Shown here in pieces: positions 1 through 13,400 of a DNA stretch of 64,000 bases. Under the pieces are notes generated by a model. That model searched no databases. It saw only the letters and a list, made by a program, of their open reading frames with translations, and was not told where the DNA came from. The position numbers and the translations under genes are program-made. The DNA comes from Chrysomallon squamiferum (Eukaryota > Animalia > Mollusca). Position 1 is the first letter of the stretch; the number at the start of each line of letters is the position of its first letter. The DNA is taken from positions 15,748,001-15,812,000 of the forward strand of contig CM022667.1 in NCBI GenBank assembly GCA_012295275.1. Direction: 5' to 3'.

Positions 1-757
1 AATGGAACCATCATTTATGCTTGGCTTGTGTGTCAGTGTAAGGAAACAAAATGGCTAATTTACGCGTAATATACTAGAGAAACACAGTGTTTGACGTGAT
101 GTGTAAACAAACAATTAACAATCTATTCTCTCAAATTATAAAATAACTGGTAAGATCAATGGGTCTCTCTCTCTCTCTCTCTCATTTATAATTTTATTTT
201 ATTATTACTAATATTATTACTTTTCCGTTTCCTTTTTTATTTTATTTTCTTTTCCTTAATATTTTTAATATTTTTTTTATTTATCGATTTTAATTGGATA
301 AGGAAATGTAGAGTAAATTGATTTAACATTAACCTAAGTGCTTGCTGTTTACCGCAACTGTCGATAAACTGGCATTTTAAAATATCGATCAGGAGCAAAT
401 AAAAGAACAAAAAAAAAAAAAAAAAAAAAAAAAACAACTCACTTCTGATCATGATGTTGGAATTTAATTATTTTAAATAGTGTAACGGAATTTAAGATAA
501 TGACAAGGAATTAATAGGAAAGTAAATAAAAAAAAGAAAAAAAGATGGATTTTAATTTTTTTTTTTTTTTAGTAATATAAAATGATATATCAGGATGGCA
601 TACCTGCTTACAGGATTTATATTATATATCTAATCATTTCTATATACTGAATGATTGGAAAATAAATAAAATAAATAAATAAATAAAATATCATTCGTTA
701 TCACTAGTTCATTTTCTCTGTGTGTTTGCGTGTTTGTGTTTGTGTGTGTGTGTGTTA

Positions 758-880
758 CAGTCAATATGTCAAACTAGTCATTTGGCCTAATGCCTGAAAT
801 GTTTAGACATTTAGCCTAACGCCCAAGACTGTCAGGCGTTTTGCCTAATGACTAAAATTTACAGTAATTAGGCCAAACGC
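758..880 (+). mobile_element. Left inverted-repeat end (DNA-transposon TIR-like; TA|CAGTC...) with internal GGCCTAA sub-repeats
   Basis: TACAGTCAATATGTCAAACTAGTCATTTGGCCTAATGCC at 756-794 is the exact reverse complement of 45753-45791, and gapped similarity continues inward for ~80 bp. It is preceded by (TG)n. Confidence 0.55.
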
Positions 881-2115
881 CTGAAATGGACCTATAGTCA
901 GTGAATGAAAAAGAACGGTTTTGAGTTGGATGAAAACAATTATTTCGAAACACACCAAGTAGTGTTCTATTTATTACAGCAGTTCAAAATTGAGTGATAT
1001 CTTGAACTGCTGAAAACTTGTCATCAACATCTACAATTTTTATAGTCCCACTCACAATATTATAAGGACTTGCACTAGACAAGTAACCAATTGCAGAGCA
1101 AATTAAGCTTAATATATAATTTGAACTGTAATTTTCAGTGATGTTAATGATAGCAATCGTTTACCACAGAAAGAATATAATCATTCAGGCGTTTCCTTAG
1201 TGCTGTTCAAACAAATATTAATGACGTCTGGATTTATCTCCCACTAATCATCTTTTGCTAGTAAAAAACCAAGATCATATTCGCGTTGTTTCTATATCTA
1301 AAGAAAAGCTTTTGAAAAGTTTGTGTCCTATAATTTGAGTTCAACAACCAAAAAATTATCGAAGTTGACACATGAAGGAATAGCTTTAATAATTAACAAA
1401 TAAACCGTTAACCAGAAAAATAGAAACAAACAAAAATCTTATTATTATTACTATTATTATTATTATTGTTATTATTATTTTGCATTAAATAAATATTCCG
1501 ATATAAGGTGTTGCAGGTTTATTTACAGATACTCTGTATTAATCTTACGAAATGATGACATTTAAAAAATAAAATCACAATTTGAAGTCAGTTTCTCAAA
1601 GTCAAAGATATTGAATGTTTTAAATAACATAACTGTTTTTAAACGTAATGCAAACATCCTGAAATATTTTCTTTGGATTTCGCATTTCGATTTTAATGTT
1701 AAGAAAGTTCTCCGATTGAGGTAAATTCAAGAAGAAGAAAACAGGAAAAGAAGAAAAGAAAACTAAAACTGTTATTAATTTTCATAACAACAACAACAAC
1801 AACATTAGAATATTAATAGAAATTAGTAATTTATTACAACTTAAAACCCCCCCACATATTTACAGAAAACAAGAACAACCAAACAACATCTATATACATC
1901 ATGATGATTCAAACCAATTTAAAATATACGATTCGTCAGCTGAACCATTTTAATATATGTGTCATGAGATAAAGATATTTTAGTATTAGAGTCGTGAGAT
2001 AGACTATTTTAATAATTATATCAGTTGTGAGATAAACTAATTTAATATAGCAGTCGTGATATAAAACTATTGCAGAATACCAGACAGGTCCAAATGCAGA
2101 GAAAAAACAGTATTT

Positions 2116-3485
2116 TCAGTTTATATTGGTCTTAGCTGCCGTCAATTCAGTCACCTCCATTACTGGACCTATTGGTGGAAGCTCGTCTTTGTAAGTGTTG
2201 AGCAATTTCAAGGCCAGAGACAACGCCTCCGAACCGTTGTTAGTGAGTAAAACATTGCGAACACTTCGTGTCCACGTGTTGTGAAAAGAAGAAAGTTTCT
2301 TATTCTCGTTGTCAATCAAGACGTGTGGTATGTTGAGCAGAGTGCTTAAGATATGTCCGTGAAGACGATCAGTGATGACCACACGTCCTCGCTGCAGAAA
2401 CACAAACCCGTTGTTCGTAATTAGGAAAGAATTTTCCATGTTTGTTGTGCCTCTAGGAGTTTTCCATCTCAACCAGTCTGATACGTGGACCGTTACGTTG
2501 TTTGGTATCTCGTTTTTATCAGTCAAGTAACCGGGACTCTCTCTATCAGTACGTTTCAACCAAAGGATGTCATATGTAGGTGACATGAAGCGACGAACTT
2601 CACCAATCTGAAAAGCCATATCCGGTGCTAATATAAATTTAGTTAGGTTCTTGTTCCAGTATTTCAGAGCGATGTTCAACGACTGTCTGTCTCTGAGAAG
2701 TATCGTCAGGTTAGGATTACAGCAGTAAAGTTTCTTACAAAAATCAAAGTGATTCCCGCTGTACACGTTGTGAGGAACGAAAATACTCTGAGAGAAAATA
2801 ATTAATTTGAAACCGTCGAATCTTGAAATAATATCTCTCCTGAGCTTATCACTGAATGAGTATCCAACAAAATTCCCTCCTCCATGAAATAATATGACAA
2901 GTTCATCCTTGGAATATTTCTTACTTAAATTTTCCGCATATTCTAGAGACTGATTTTTTACACAATCATTGAACAAGCAGTAAAATACAAGTTTAATTCG
3001 CAGACGTCTTAGAAAGTAAACTTCACCAGCTGTGATGGCAGAATCACCTTTGTTCTCAGAAGCTGAAACATCAAAGAGAAATGCGTATTTAAATTTACCT
3101 AGAAGATGCTGAAATAACTCAAACTGGATTCTTTGAGCTTCGTGGATAACTTCTTTAGATGTAGACAAAAGAGGAGATAAGACATTTGTATTGTACACAT
3201 GTTCACTAAGATTCCACCGGAGAAATGTTTCGATTTCTTTCTTGTGTTCAGCCAAATAATTTTCATTCAGATCTGGATAGAGCTGTTCTTTGTCCACTAG
3301 TTGACGTGATTCAGAACCAAACGATCTGTCCTGAAAATCCCTTCTGTATTCGTTATTTAAAATGACAGGTTTGACTCGCTGTGTTTGTTGTACTCTGAAT
3401 GAGAAAACTGACATCCCAGTGAAGAGAAGAATTGAAAACACGAACAGTTCGATTCGTCCAGTACAAAACTTTGATTTTCTTGAAC
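2116..3485 (-). CDS. Copy 1 exon 3: type-II anchor/stem + polysaccharide pyruvyl transferase domain (PS_pyruv_trans, Pvg1/EpsI-like)
   Basis: Family motifs NKGDSAI, HGGGN, RDRQS, APDMAF and TDRLHGHILSTLLNIPHVLIDN are present. Hydrophobic anchor IELFVFSILLFTGMSVFSF. Acceptor ttttcag|GT at 3486/3485 (phase 1); stop at 2116. Confidence 0.88.
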
Positions 3486-3744
3486 CTGAAAACAGATTAC
3501 ATAGGAGTAAAGATAAATGGATATACAAGTTAACTTTTACTGAAGTGTAAAAGAAAACACATCTTTTTATAAAATAGATTTGTATTTACTTTATGAAATC
3601 AAGAGGAGAAATAATAGTTTTCTAATAAATAAAAATTAGTGTTAAAAGAAATTAAGTTATTGACATGCTTGTACAAAGATGTATCATGAAATGTGTGTCA
3701 ATCGGTATATCGTTAATAACAGCGACAAAGAAACAAACAATCAA

Positions 3745-3875
<131 letters not shown>

Positions 3876-3892
3876 ACGAATAACAATTTCAC

Positions 3893-4790
3893 CTGAAACC
3901 GCGGGCTCAAATTTGTTTTCATCACGTAGAAGAAGTTTTTCTCGTATGAAGATAACAAGTCCCAGCGTGCAGACACCCAACCCACTGAAGTTCCACACAG
4001 TCGCATGTCTTTGTCCAGACAGGTAGAGTAGAAAAATCACAGTTATTCTTTTCAAGATGTTGCTGATGGCGTGACTCAACACAGACATGTACCGCAGCAC
4101 GACGTTCGTAGACAAATAAGAGTAGACCACGTGGAGGATGCTGGATGACAGCAGTGTAATCATAGTCAACGTGGTTGTCGTAGGAAGCAATCCTTTCAGT
4201 TCGATAATATAGATTACTAAGACTAACATAACCATAACACCTGCAACAGAGGAGATGTATACTACAGGACGCAGTCGTAGTTCCTTAGATTTTCGATGTC
4301 CTGTTTTCATAGCAACGTTTCTTGCAGCTATCATGATGTTTGATAGGAATGCCATCACTGCACCTATGGACATCAACGACGTTACAAACGGGTTACCTGC
4401 GAAACCTACGGCACCGAATACAATCAGTGGTATACTTGCTAGTGTTGATGCTGATGTTGATGTCCTGAGGAAAATACGTTGTAGTATAGCTGTGGTGATG
4501 GGTTCCATCAGTTTAATTGCAAACGTAGACGATGCATACATAAAAACCATGCTGCAGTTTGTAGCGAAAGTGCCTGCGATGTGTGATAGAATAACGACGT
4601 AGAACACGTTGTCATGTTGTTGCTGAACGTCCACAAGATAATAACATGTCGCAGTTTGGGAGATTGTTAGAATGATGGACAAATAAAGTCCTTGACCTTG
4701 TACGTTGACCAAGTCAGAGTGGAGAAACAATCTGGCACATTGATGACAGAGATAAGAGGTCAAAGTCCACATGACGAAAACCAGTACAAT
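3893..4790 (-). CDS. Copy 1 exon 2: triose-phosphate/PEP translocator family (TPT, SLC35E-like, DMT superfamily) multi-pass transporter
   Basis: About 10 hydrophobic segments; TPT-family motifs AIKLMEPITT and SHAISNILKRITVI. Donor CAG|GTGAAA at 3893/3892 (phase 1). Acceptor tttctcattcttcag|ATT at 4791/4790; an alternative in-frame acceptor at 4899/4898 is possible. Confidence 0.82.
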
Positions 4791-5038
4791 CTGAAGAATG
4801 AGAAATTTGGAAATGCAAATATTACTTGAAACATCTACACGTTCATGAAAGTAAATGTACGAACTGCTAATCGCAGCTTTTTCATTGTTAACATACCCCT
4901 ATACACTTGTATTAAAATGTCAGTATGTGAAACCAAAAATAGTTAAAGAAATATTACAACTGAGATATGATTTTATTTTTCAAGTATTTGAAATATATAT
5001 GTATGTTTAAAATACTAAAAGAAATAAATAGCAATACA

Positions 5039-5153
<115 letters not shown>

Positions 5154-5174
5154 TTGCGGAGTGACTTTATCCAT
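5154..5174 (-). CDS. Copy 1 exon 1 (coding part MDKVTPQ)
   Basis: ATG GAT AAA GTC ACT CCG CAA|GTAAGA, phase 0 matching exon 2. There is an in-frame upstream stop, and the exon is conserved in all three copies. Confidence 0.6.
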
Positions 5175-5804
5175 TTCAAGGATTGATGTTTTACTCTGCT
5201 GCTACTCAGTTTTTCACAGAAAATGCTGATAGACTCTGAAAATAACATAAATGTTGTAAGTACCCTGTTTTTCTTGTTATAATTCCGATGTAAAGTTTAT
5301 ATTTTGAAAGTACAATATAACATTTTAATGTATAATTCATTCAGTATGTCATATAAGGTAAACCAGAGGGAGACTAACTGGATGTTAATTAGCAGGAGTG
5401 GGGATGTTGTTTCTTACAACTAATATCGGCGATGTTGTGTTTAGGAGTTTTTATTTCATTTTTTTATTATTTCATAAAGCTGTTACACGCTGTTGCAGCA
5501 GTGTCACGTTCTAACAGAAGAATCGTAAATTCACTATGTTGTTTCGAGTGTTTAAACAGTGATGGGAGAGACTGGCGACTGATGCGCTCTAGTGGACAGT
5601 ATGTTGTACGCTTGGTCGTCTTTGGACTATGGTTTGCGTCGAGCTTCCTTTGATCAAGCTGTGGGCGTTTGACTTCACACAGATAACTTTTCAGATTTTT
5701 ATGCTAATTTATTATAATGTGTTATTCTGTGTGTTCTGTATTCCCCGAACGAATGCGTATCGACAGGAATGAATTTTCGATTAGCGTTTGAGTAGCTCAA
5801 GCTT

Positions 5805-6026
5805 AAATCATTTAATGATCAATTAATTAAACTTTTATTTAATCTTTAAAAAATATGATTTAAATTCAGTCCGATAATTCTAAAATTACTGATAATTTAA
5901 TAGGCCTTGAACAGTGTTGAAAGTGAAGGATATACAAAATAACAACAGCAATAATAAGAAGAACAAGAAGAAAAACCCAGCAACAATAATAAGAAAAACA
6001 ACAACAACAACAACAACAACAATAAC

Positions 6027-6089
<63 letters not shown>

Positions 6090-6389
6090 TAATCATAATA
6101 ATAATAATAATAATGTTTTTGCTGCTGTTTAAACTAGTTCGGACTAAAATCATCTCTAATATAAACCATTTCTTTTAAATATGATCTCAACAGGGATAAC
6201 TTACACGTCACAAACAATCTTCTGTTGTAATGCATATCACAGTAACACACTTATACAAGAGCAATGCATAGTTCTCAGTGACTAGAAGTATCAGAGAGAG
6301 AAGCAGTTTTATTTTGTTTTGTTTTATTTTATTTTGTTTTATTTTTTATTATTATCTTTATTTATTTATTTATTTATTTATTATTATCT

Positions 6390-6473
<84 letters not shown>

Positions 6474-7800
6474 TTTAATGTTCACGAGTTTCTTTCGACC
6501 ACTTTAATGAAAACAGACGCAGTGATCAGTTAATTAAACTTTTGTATAAACAATAACTACAACAACAACAACAACAGCAACAACGGAACAGTTAAGAAAG
6601 AAAACTGAATACTTTTTCAGAAAACTTAACAGTCAAGCATTCTATATTTCTTAGAATCTGATTTAATTTGATATGAGGTAAAACTAATTTTAATAGTAAG
6701 CTGCCAAATGTAGGATATAACTTGTCTGTAACAAAGTTTCTCAAATATAATGATTTCGTTTTCTTCTTGTTGTTGGCTGGATTGTTTCTGGGTTAGTATA
6801 TTTGCTGGTGTTGCTGTTGTTGTTATCATTGCCGCTGGGTTTTATATAATTTATATTTATTATAGTTAAAAAATAAAATAAAAAGATTTTTCAAAATTAA
6901 TACATCAAAGGTTTTTCTTAAAGGTATTACAATACTGCAGCAGTCTCACATCATTCTCACAGAAGAATGATAAATGTTCTTTGTTGTTTCGATGGTTTAA
7001 ACCAGTGATGGGAGAGGTGTGCGGCTGATGCCCCCTAGTAGACATTTGACTGTTTAATGTGTTTGTTGTACGCTTGGTCTTTTTTGGACGATGGTTTGCG
7101 TCGATTTTCTTTGGATCAAGCGGAGGGCGTTTGACTTCACACAGATTACGTTTCATATTTTTGTGCTTAGTTTATTCTAATGTGTGCTGTATTCCACAAA
7201 GGAATGTGTATCCGTAGGAATTAAGTTTCGATCAGCGTTTCAAGCTTAAATCATTTAATGATCAATTAATTAAACTTTTATTTAAACTTTAAAAATGTGA
7301 TTTAAGATTGATCGGATAATTCTAAAATTGCCGAGAATTTAATAGGCCTTGTAACATTCAGTTTTGAAAGTCGATGATATACAAAAGAACAACAACAACA
7401 ATAAGAAGAATAATAAGAAGAACAAAAACGAGAACAAAGAGAACAGCAAAAATAATAAGAACAAAAACGACGACAGTAATAATAAGAGAATAAAGAAGCA
7501 GAAGAACAACAACAGCAACAAAAACAGCAATAATAATAATGTTGTTGCTGCTGTTTAAGATGTTTCTGACTAAATTCTCTAACATAAACCGTTATTTTTA
7601 AATATGATCTCAACAGTGACAAGTTACACGTCACAAACAATCTTCAATTGTAATGCATATCACAGTAACACACTTGTATAAGATCAATGCATAGTTCTCA
7701 GTTACTAGGAGTATCAGACAGAGAAGCAGTTTTATTTTGGTTTGTTTTATTATATTTCTTCTTAGTTTTTTCTTATCTCTATTTATTTATTTATTTATTG

Positions 7801-7863
<63 letters not shown>

Positions 7864-9090
7864 TTGTTACTATTATTTTATTTTAAATATCAGGATTTGG
7901 AATCGACCACTTTTATAAAAAACAGTGTCAGTGATAAATTAACTGATCTCTTGTATAAATGTTTCAATTATTGAGTTTAATGGACTTTCTAAAATCAAAG
8001 CTGGACAAGTGGAATACAACAACAACAACAACAAAGTAACAATAATAACAACAATACTTCTACTACTACTACTAATAAAGATAATGATAATAATAATAGC
8101 AATAAAAACAACACTACCAACAGTAGGAACAACCGAACAATTAAGAAAGAAATCTTTGAGTACCTTTTGAGAAATCATTACATTCAAACTTGTCTTTAAC
8201 AAACTTTCTCAGATTATAATGATTTTTGTCTTCTTTTGTTTTCGAATGGATATCCGTAGGAATGAATTTTCTATCAGCGTTTAAGTAGCTGAAACTTAAA
8301 TCATTTAATGATCAATTAATTAAACTTTTATTTAATCTTTAAAAAACATTATTTAAATTTAATCCGATAATTCTAAAATTATCGATATTTTAATAGGCCT
8401 TCTAACAGTGTTGAAAGTGGGTTTTTTCGTTTTCTTGTTGTTGGCTGCGTTATTTCTGGGTTAGTATAATTCTTGGTGTTGATGTTGTTGTTGTTATTGC
8501 TGCTGGGTTTTATAACAGTTATATTTATTAAAAATAAAAATAAAATAAAAATATATTTCAATATTAATACAACAGAGAGTTTTTTCATAAAGCTATTGCA
8601 ATATGGCAGCAGTCTCAAATCGTTCTCACGTAGAATCATAAATATACTATGTTGTTACGCGTGTTTAAACAGTAATGGAAGAGGGGCGCGGCTGATGCGC
8701 CCTAGTGAGCATTTGACAGTTTAGGGTGTTGTACGCTTGGTCTCACATCGTTGTCACAGAAGAATCATAAAGGCTCTATGTTGTTACGAGTGTTTAAACA
8801 GTGATGGGAGAGATTGGCGGCTGATACCCCCTAGTGGGCATTTGACAGTTTAGTGTGTTGTACGCTTGACCTGTTTTGGACGATGGTTTGCGACGATTTT
8901 CTCTGCATCAAGGGGTGGGGGTTTGACTTCATACAGATAATGAATTTGCATCCGTAGGAATTAATTTTCGATCAGCGTTTCAGGAGCTCCAGCTTAAATC
9001 ATTTAATGATCAGTTAATTAAACTTTTATATAAACTTTAAAAAATATGATTTAAGTTTGATCCAATAATTCTAAAATTGTTGAGAATTTA
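5805..9090. repeat. Array of ~1.1 kb composite satellite-like modules (conserved blocks interleaved with (AAC)n/(AAT)n/(TTA)n/(TTTA)n)
   Basis: Recurring blocks AATCATTTAATGATCAATTAATTAAACTTTTATT, CCGATAATTCTAAAATT, CACGTCACAAACAATCTTC and TGCATAGTTCTCAGTTA at ~5805 and ~7245, with partial copies at ~8295 and ~9000. Confidence 0.85.
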
Positions 9091-9375
9091 ATATGGAAAA
9101 GGTTTATTATTTTTATTTTACTATTTTATTTAGTTATTTTCGTATTTTGTATTTAATTTTTGTCGCTCACGGGTGTAATCATAACAGCAGGAGTAGAAGC
9201 AGTAGCAGCAGTACTAACAGTAGATGTACAGCTGTAGTAATATAATACTACTTGCTGTTGTTATGGTTGTAGTAGGATTACTATTGCCCTGTCCAACATT
9301 TTCTCTCAGTGACTCTGTCTTTTTCTGTCCCCGTTCTACTTTATTTTAACACAATTATCGTTTTGTATCCAGTCG

Positions 9376-9565
9376 ATATTTAAGAACAAATAGAACGAGA
9401 ATTTTTAAATTCACATTTAAAACAAATAGAACGAGAATGTTTATATTCACATTTAAAAACAAATAGAACGAGAAAGTGTATATTCATATATAAGAACAAA
9501 TAGAACGAGAAAGTTTATATTCATATTTAAGAACAAATAGAACAAGAATATTTATATTCATAATT
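9376..9565. repeat. 37-bp minisatellite, ~5 copies (ATATTTAAGAACAAATAGAACGAGAATGTTTATATTC)
   Basis: Head-to-tail units with no spacers; also at ~14186-14378 and ~26042-26275. Confidence 0.9.
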
Positions 9566-10396
9566 AAAAAAGCCAGAAGGAAAGAATGTTTGGAAATACA
9601 CAGATAAACTAGAAAGAGTGAGTGCTGCAGAGACAAAACTACATCAACGAAAAAAGCAGCATATTAAACAATTTCTGGAGAAGAATAAAAAAATGTTTTA
9701 AAAATACGTAATATTTATTTGAAATCATGATCTAAAATTCAAGTGCTTGATATTTACATTTCAATGATAGATTAGTGTGCAGTTGTCAGAATTCTAAAAT
9801 TTTTGGTATGACTAAATTAAAGAGCGACCTGAACAGATGAGATAAATCAAAGTAAATACTTCTTCAAACTGAAAACTCCAGTTATGTTCTCACTTCATTT
9901 GAATAGTTTGGTTGATAACAACGCTGAAAGTGTAAACTGTAAACAGTCAACTACAGATTCTTTACGGTTCAAGTAGCGAACATTTATTTCTTTGAAAACT
10001 TGATTGCGGAAAGGATTTAATTAATTCAAAGTATATCAAAACATCACAAATCTGAACCTTTCGCTAAGGATAAAAATAAAATTCTGCTGTTAGTACTACT
10101 ACTAATACTACTAATAATAATGGAAATAACAGTTATGAAAACACCAAAATAACTGTGAAAAAATACATAAAAAACAAATTAAATAAATAAATAAATACGT
10201 AAATAAAAAATAAACGAATAAATATAAAAATAACGCAAGCAAACAAACAAATAAATGAATAAATAAAAAAATAAATAACACAAAGAGAAAAGAAGAAAGA
10301 AAATTGAGATACGTCTGCTTCTAAACAAAGAATTGAAGTGATAAAAACTCACACCTTAATGTTGGTTATTCTGAGTTACTTTAAAGTTAACCTACA

Positions 10397-11311
10397 AATT
10401 CAGTCACTAGACCTATTGGTGGAAGCCACCTTTGTAAGTGCTGAGCAATATCCAATCCAGAGACAACGCCTTCGAGACGTCATTAGTGAGTAAAACATTT
10501 TGAACACTTCGTGTCCACGTGTTGAAAAGAAGAAAGTTTCTTCCTCTCTATGTCAATCAACACGTGTGGTATTTTGAGCAGCGTGCATGAGATATGTAGG
10601 GAAAGTAAATCAGTCACGATTCTCATCCTCGCTGCAGAAACACAAACCCGTTGTTCCCTATGGTTGTTATCCCGCTGGGGATTATCCAGTTCAACAAGTC
10701 GTTACCGTTTTTGGTATCTTGTTTCTATCACAAGAATAACCAGGACACTTACAGTAAGACCTTTGTAACCAAAGATGATATAAATAAACGGAATTCACCA
10801 ATTTGAAAAGGCATGCCCGGGATTAATATAAATTTAGCTAGGTTGTTGTTCTTGTATCTCAGAGCGATGTTTTAGCACTGTCTGTATCTGAGAATTATCG
10901 TCTGGTTAGGATTACAGCAGTAACATTTCTTACATAAATCAAAGTGATTCCCGCTGTATCGTTCTGAGATAAAAAATGCTGTGAAGGAAAATGACTAAAT
11001 TGAAATCATCGAATATTGGAATACTAGTTTTTCTTATTTTATCATGGAGAAACTATCCTATAAAATTCCGTCCTCCATGAAAGAATATTACAAGTTCATC
11101 CTTGGAATAAATTTTTCTAAACTTTCGCGAATATCCTAATAACATTTTAAAATATAATTTTAATTCCCAGAGGTCTTAGAAAGTAAACTTCACCAACTGT
11201 AATGGCGGAATCACCTTCATTTTCACAAATTTAATTATCAAAGGTAAATGCATATACAAATTTACCTAGGAGATGCTGAAATAACTTAAGACCTGGATTC
11301 TTTGAGTTTCA
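10397..11311 (-). pseudogene. Pyruvyltransferase exon fragment, pseudogene A (5'-truncated)
   Basis: Colinear with exon 3. HGGGN is changed to HGGRN, there is a premature TAG at 11053-11055, and there are deletions. Ends at ...GAGTTTCA|GGTATGA. Confidence 0.85.
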
Positions 11312-11319
11312 GGTATGAC

Positions 11320-11868
11320 CAAATAGTTAAACTTTTATTTAAACTTTAAAAAATATGATTTAAGTTTGATCCGATAATTCTAAAATTGTTGAGAATTTAA
11401 TGGGCCTTCTAACATTACAGTTTTGAAAGCTGATGATATACAAAACAACAACAACAACAACAACAACACGAACAAAAATAAGAACAAAAACAACAACAAA
11501 AACAACGACAGTAATGATAAGAGAATGAAGAAGAAGAAGAAGAACAACAACAACAACGTCAATATTCACAATGTTGTTGCTGCTGTTTAAGATGTTTCGG
11601 ACTAAAAATTCGAATATAAACCGTTCTTTTTAAATGTTCTCAACAGTGACAAGTTACACGTCACAAACAATCTTCTATTGTAATGCATATCACAGGAACA
11701 CACTTACACAAGAGCAATGCATAGTTCTTAGTTACTACGAGTATCAGAGAGAGAAGCAGTTTTATTTTGTTTAGTTTTATTATATATTTTATTATTTTTT
11801 CTTATCTCTATTTATTAATTTATTTACTAATTTATTTGTTTGTTTGTTTATTATTATCATTATTATTA

Positions 11869-11930
<62 letters not shown>

Positions 11931-13400
11931 GTCTTATTTTAATTGTCAGGAGTTTGAATCGACCACTTTAATAAAAAAAACATTCTCAGTGATAAATTAA
12001 CTGATCTTTTGTATAAACTTTTCAATTATTGAGTTTAATGGACTTTCTAAAATCAAAGCTGGATAAGTATAATACAACAACAAAAATAACAATAAGAATA
12101 ACAGTAAAAATAATAACATCAATACTACTACAAATAATAAAGATAATGATAACAATAATAGCAATGAAAACAATACCAACAACAATAGCAACAACGGAAT
12201 AATTAAGAAAGAAAATTTTGAATACTTTTTCAGAAATCCTAACATTCAAGTACTCGAAATTAATTAGAAGCTGTTTTAATTTGATATGAGGTACAATTAA
12301 CTTTAATAGTAAGCTGCTACATATAGGAAATAACTTGTCTTTAACAAACTTTCTCAGATATTATGATTTTGTCTTCTTTTGTTTTCGAATGGATATCCGT
12401 AGGAATGAATTTTCTATCAGGGTTTGAGCAGCTGAAACTTAAATCATTTAACGATCAATTAATTAAACTTTTATTTAATCTTTAAAAAATATTATTTAAA
12501 TTCAATCCGATAATTCTAAAATTATTGATAATTTAATAGGCCTTCTAAGAGTGTTGAAAGTGAATGATATACAAAACAACAACAGCAATAATAATAAGAG
12601 AATGAACAAGAAGAACACAAACGACAATAACAACAACAACAGTAACAACAATAATAATAATAATAATGTTTTTGCTGCTGTATAAGATATTTCGGACTAA
12701 AATCATCTCTAATATAAACCATTTCTTTTAAATATGATCGTAACAGGGATAACTCACACGTCATAAACAATCTTCTGTTGTAATGCATATCACAGTAACA
12801 CAATGCGTAGTTCTCAGTTATTAGGAGAATCAGACAAAGAAGAAGTTTTATTTTGTTTTATTTTATTTTGTCTTATTTTTTTATTACCTTTATTTATTCA
12901 TTATTATTATTATTATTATTATTAATATTATTATTATTATTATTGATGTTGTTGCTATATTTTAATGTTCAAGATTTGCTTTCGAAAACAGACGCAGTGA
13001 TCAGTTAATTAAACTTTTGTATAAACAATAACTACAACAACAACAACAGCAGCAACAACGGAACAATTAAGAAAGAAAACTTGAAATACTTTTTCAGAAA
13101 TCATAACAGTGAAGCATTCTATATTTCTTAGAAATAGATTTAATTTGATATGAGGTAAAACTAATTTTAATAGTAAGCTGCTACATGTAGGACATAACTT
13201 GTCTTTAACAAAGTTTCTCAAATATAATGATTTCGTTTTCTTGTTGTTGTTAGCTGGGTTATTTCTGAGTAGTGTATTTGCTGGTGTTGCTGTTGCTGTT
13301 CTTATTGCTGCTGGGTTTTACATCAGTTATATTTATTATAACTAGAAAATAGAATTAAAAAGATATTTCAAATTAACACCACAGAAGGTTTTTGGAGTAT
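11320..13400. repeat. Two composite ~1.1 kb satellite modules
   Basis: Same conserved blocks as 5805-9090. Confidence 0.85.

Noticed and set aside
3486-3528. ORF-track N-termini of the pyruvyltransferase (MYIHL..., MYKD... 20938-21079, 34240-34381)
   Set aside because: They lie in intron 2 upstream of the acceptor, and their starts differ between copies.
4255-4602. Plus-strand ORFs 3362-3550, 4255-4602, 21695-21988, 34842-35306, 48743-48964, 49194-49445
   Set aside because: Antisense shadows of real exons with no independent support.
5866-8724. Many short ORFs of poly-I/L/N/Y/C/V or SL/ER (throughout 3.6-44 kb)
   Set aside because: They are translations of microsatellites.
9376-9565. 37-bp repeats as a CRISPR array (also 14186, 26042)
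   Set aside because: The units are contiguous with no unique spacers, there are no cas genes, and the context is eukaryotic.
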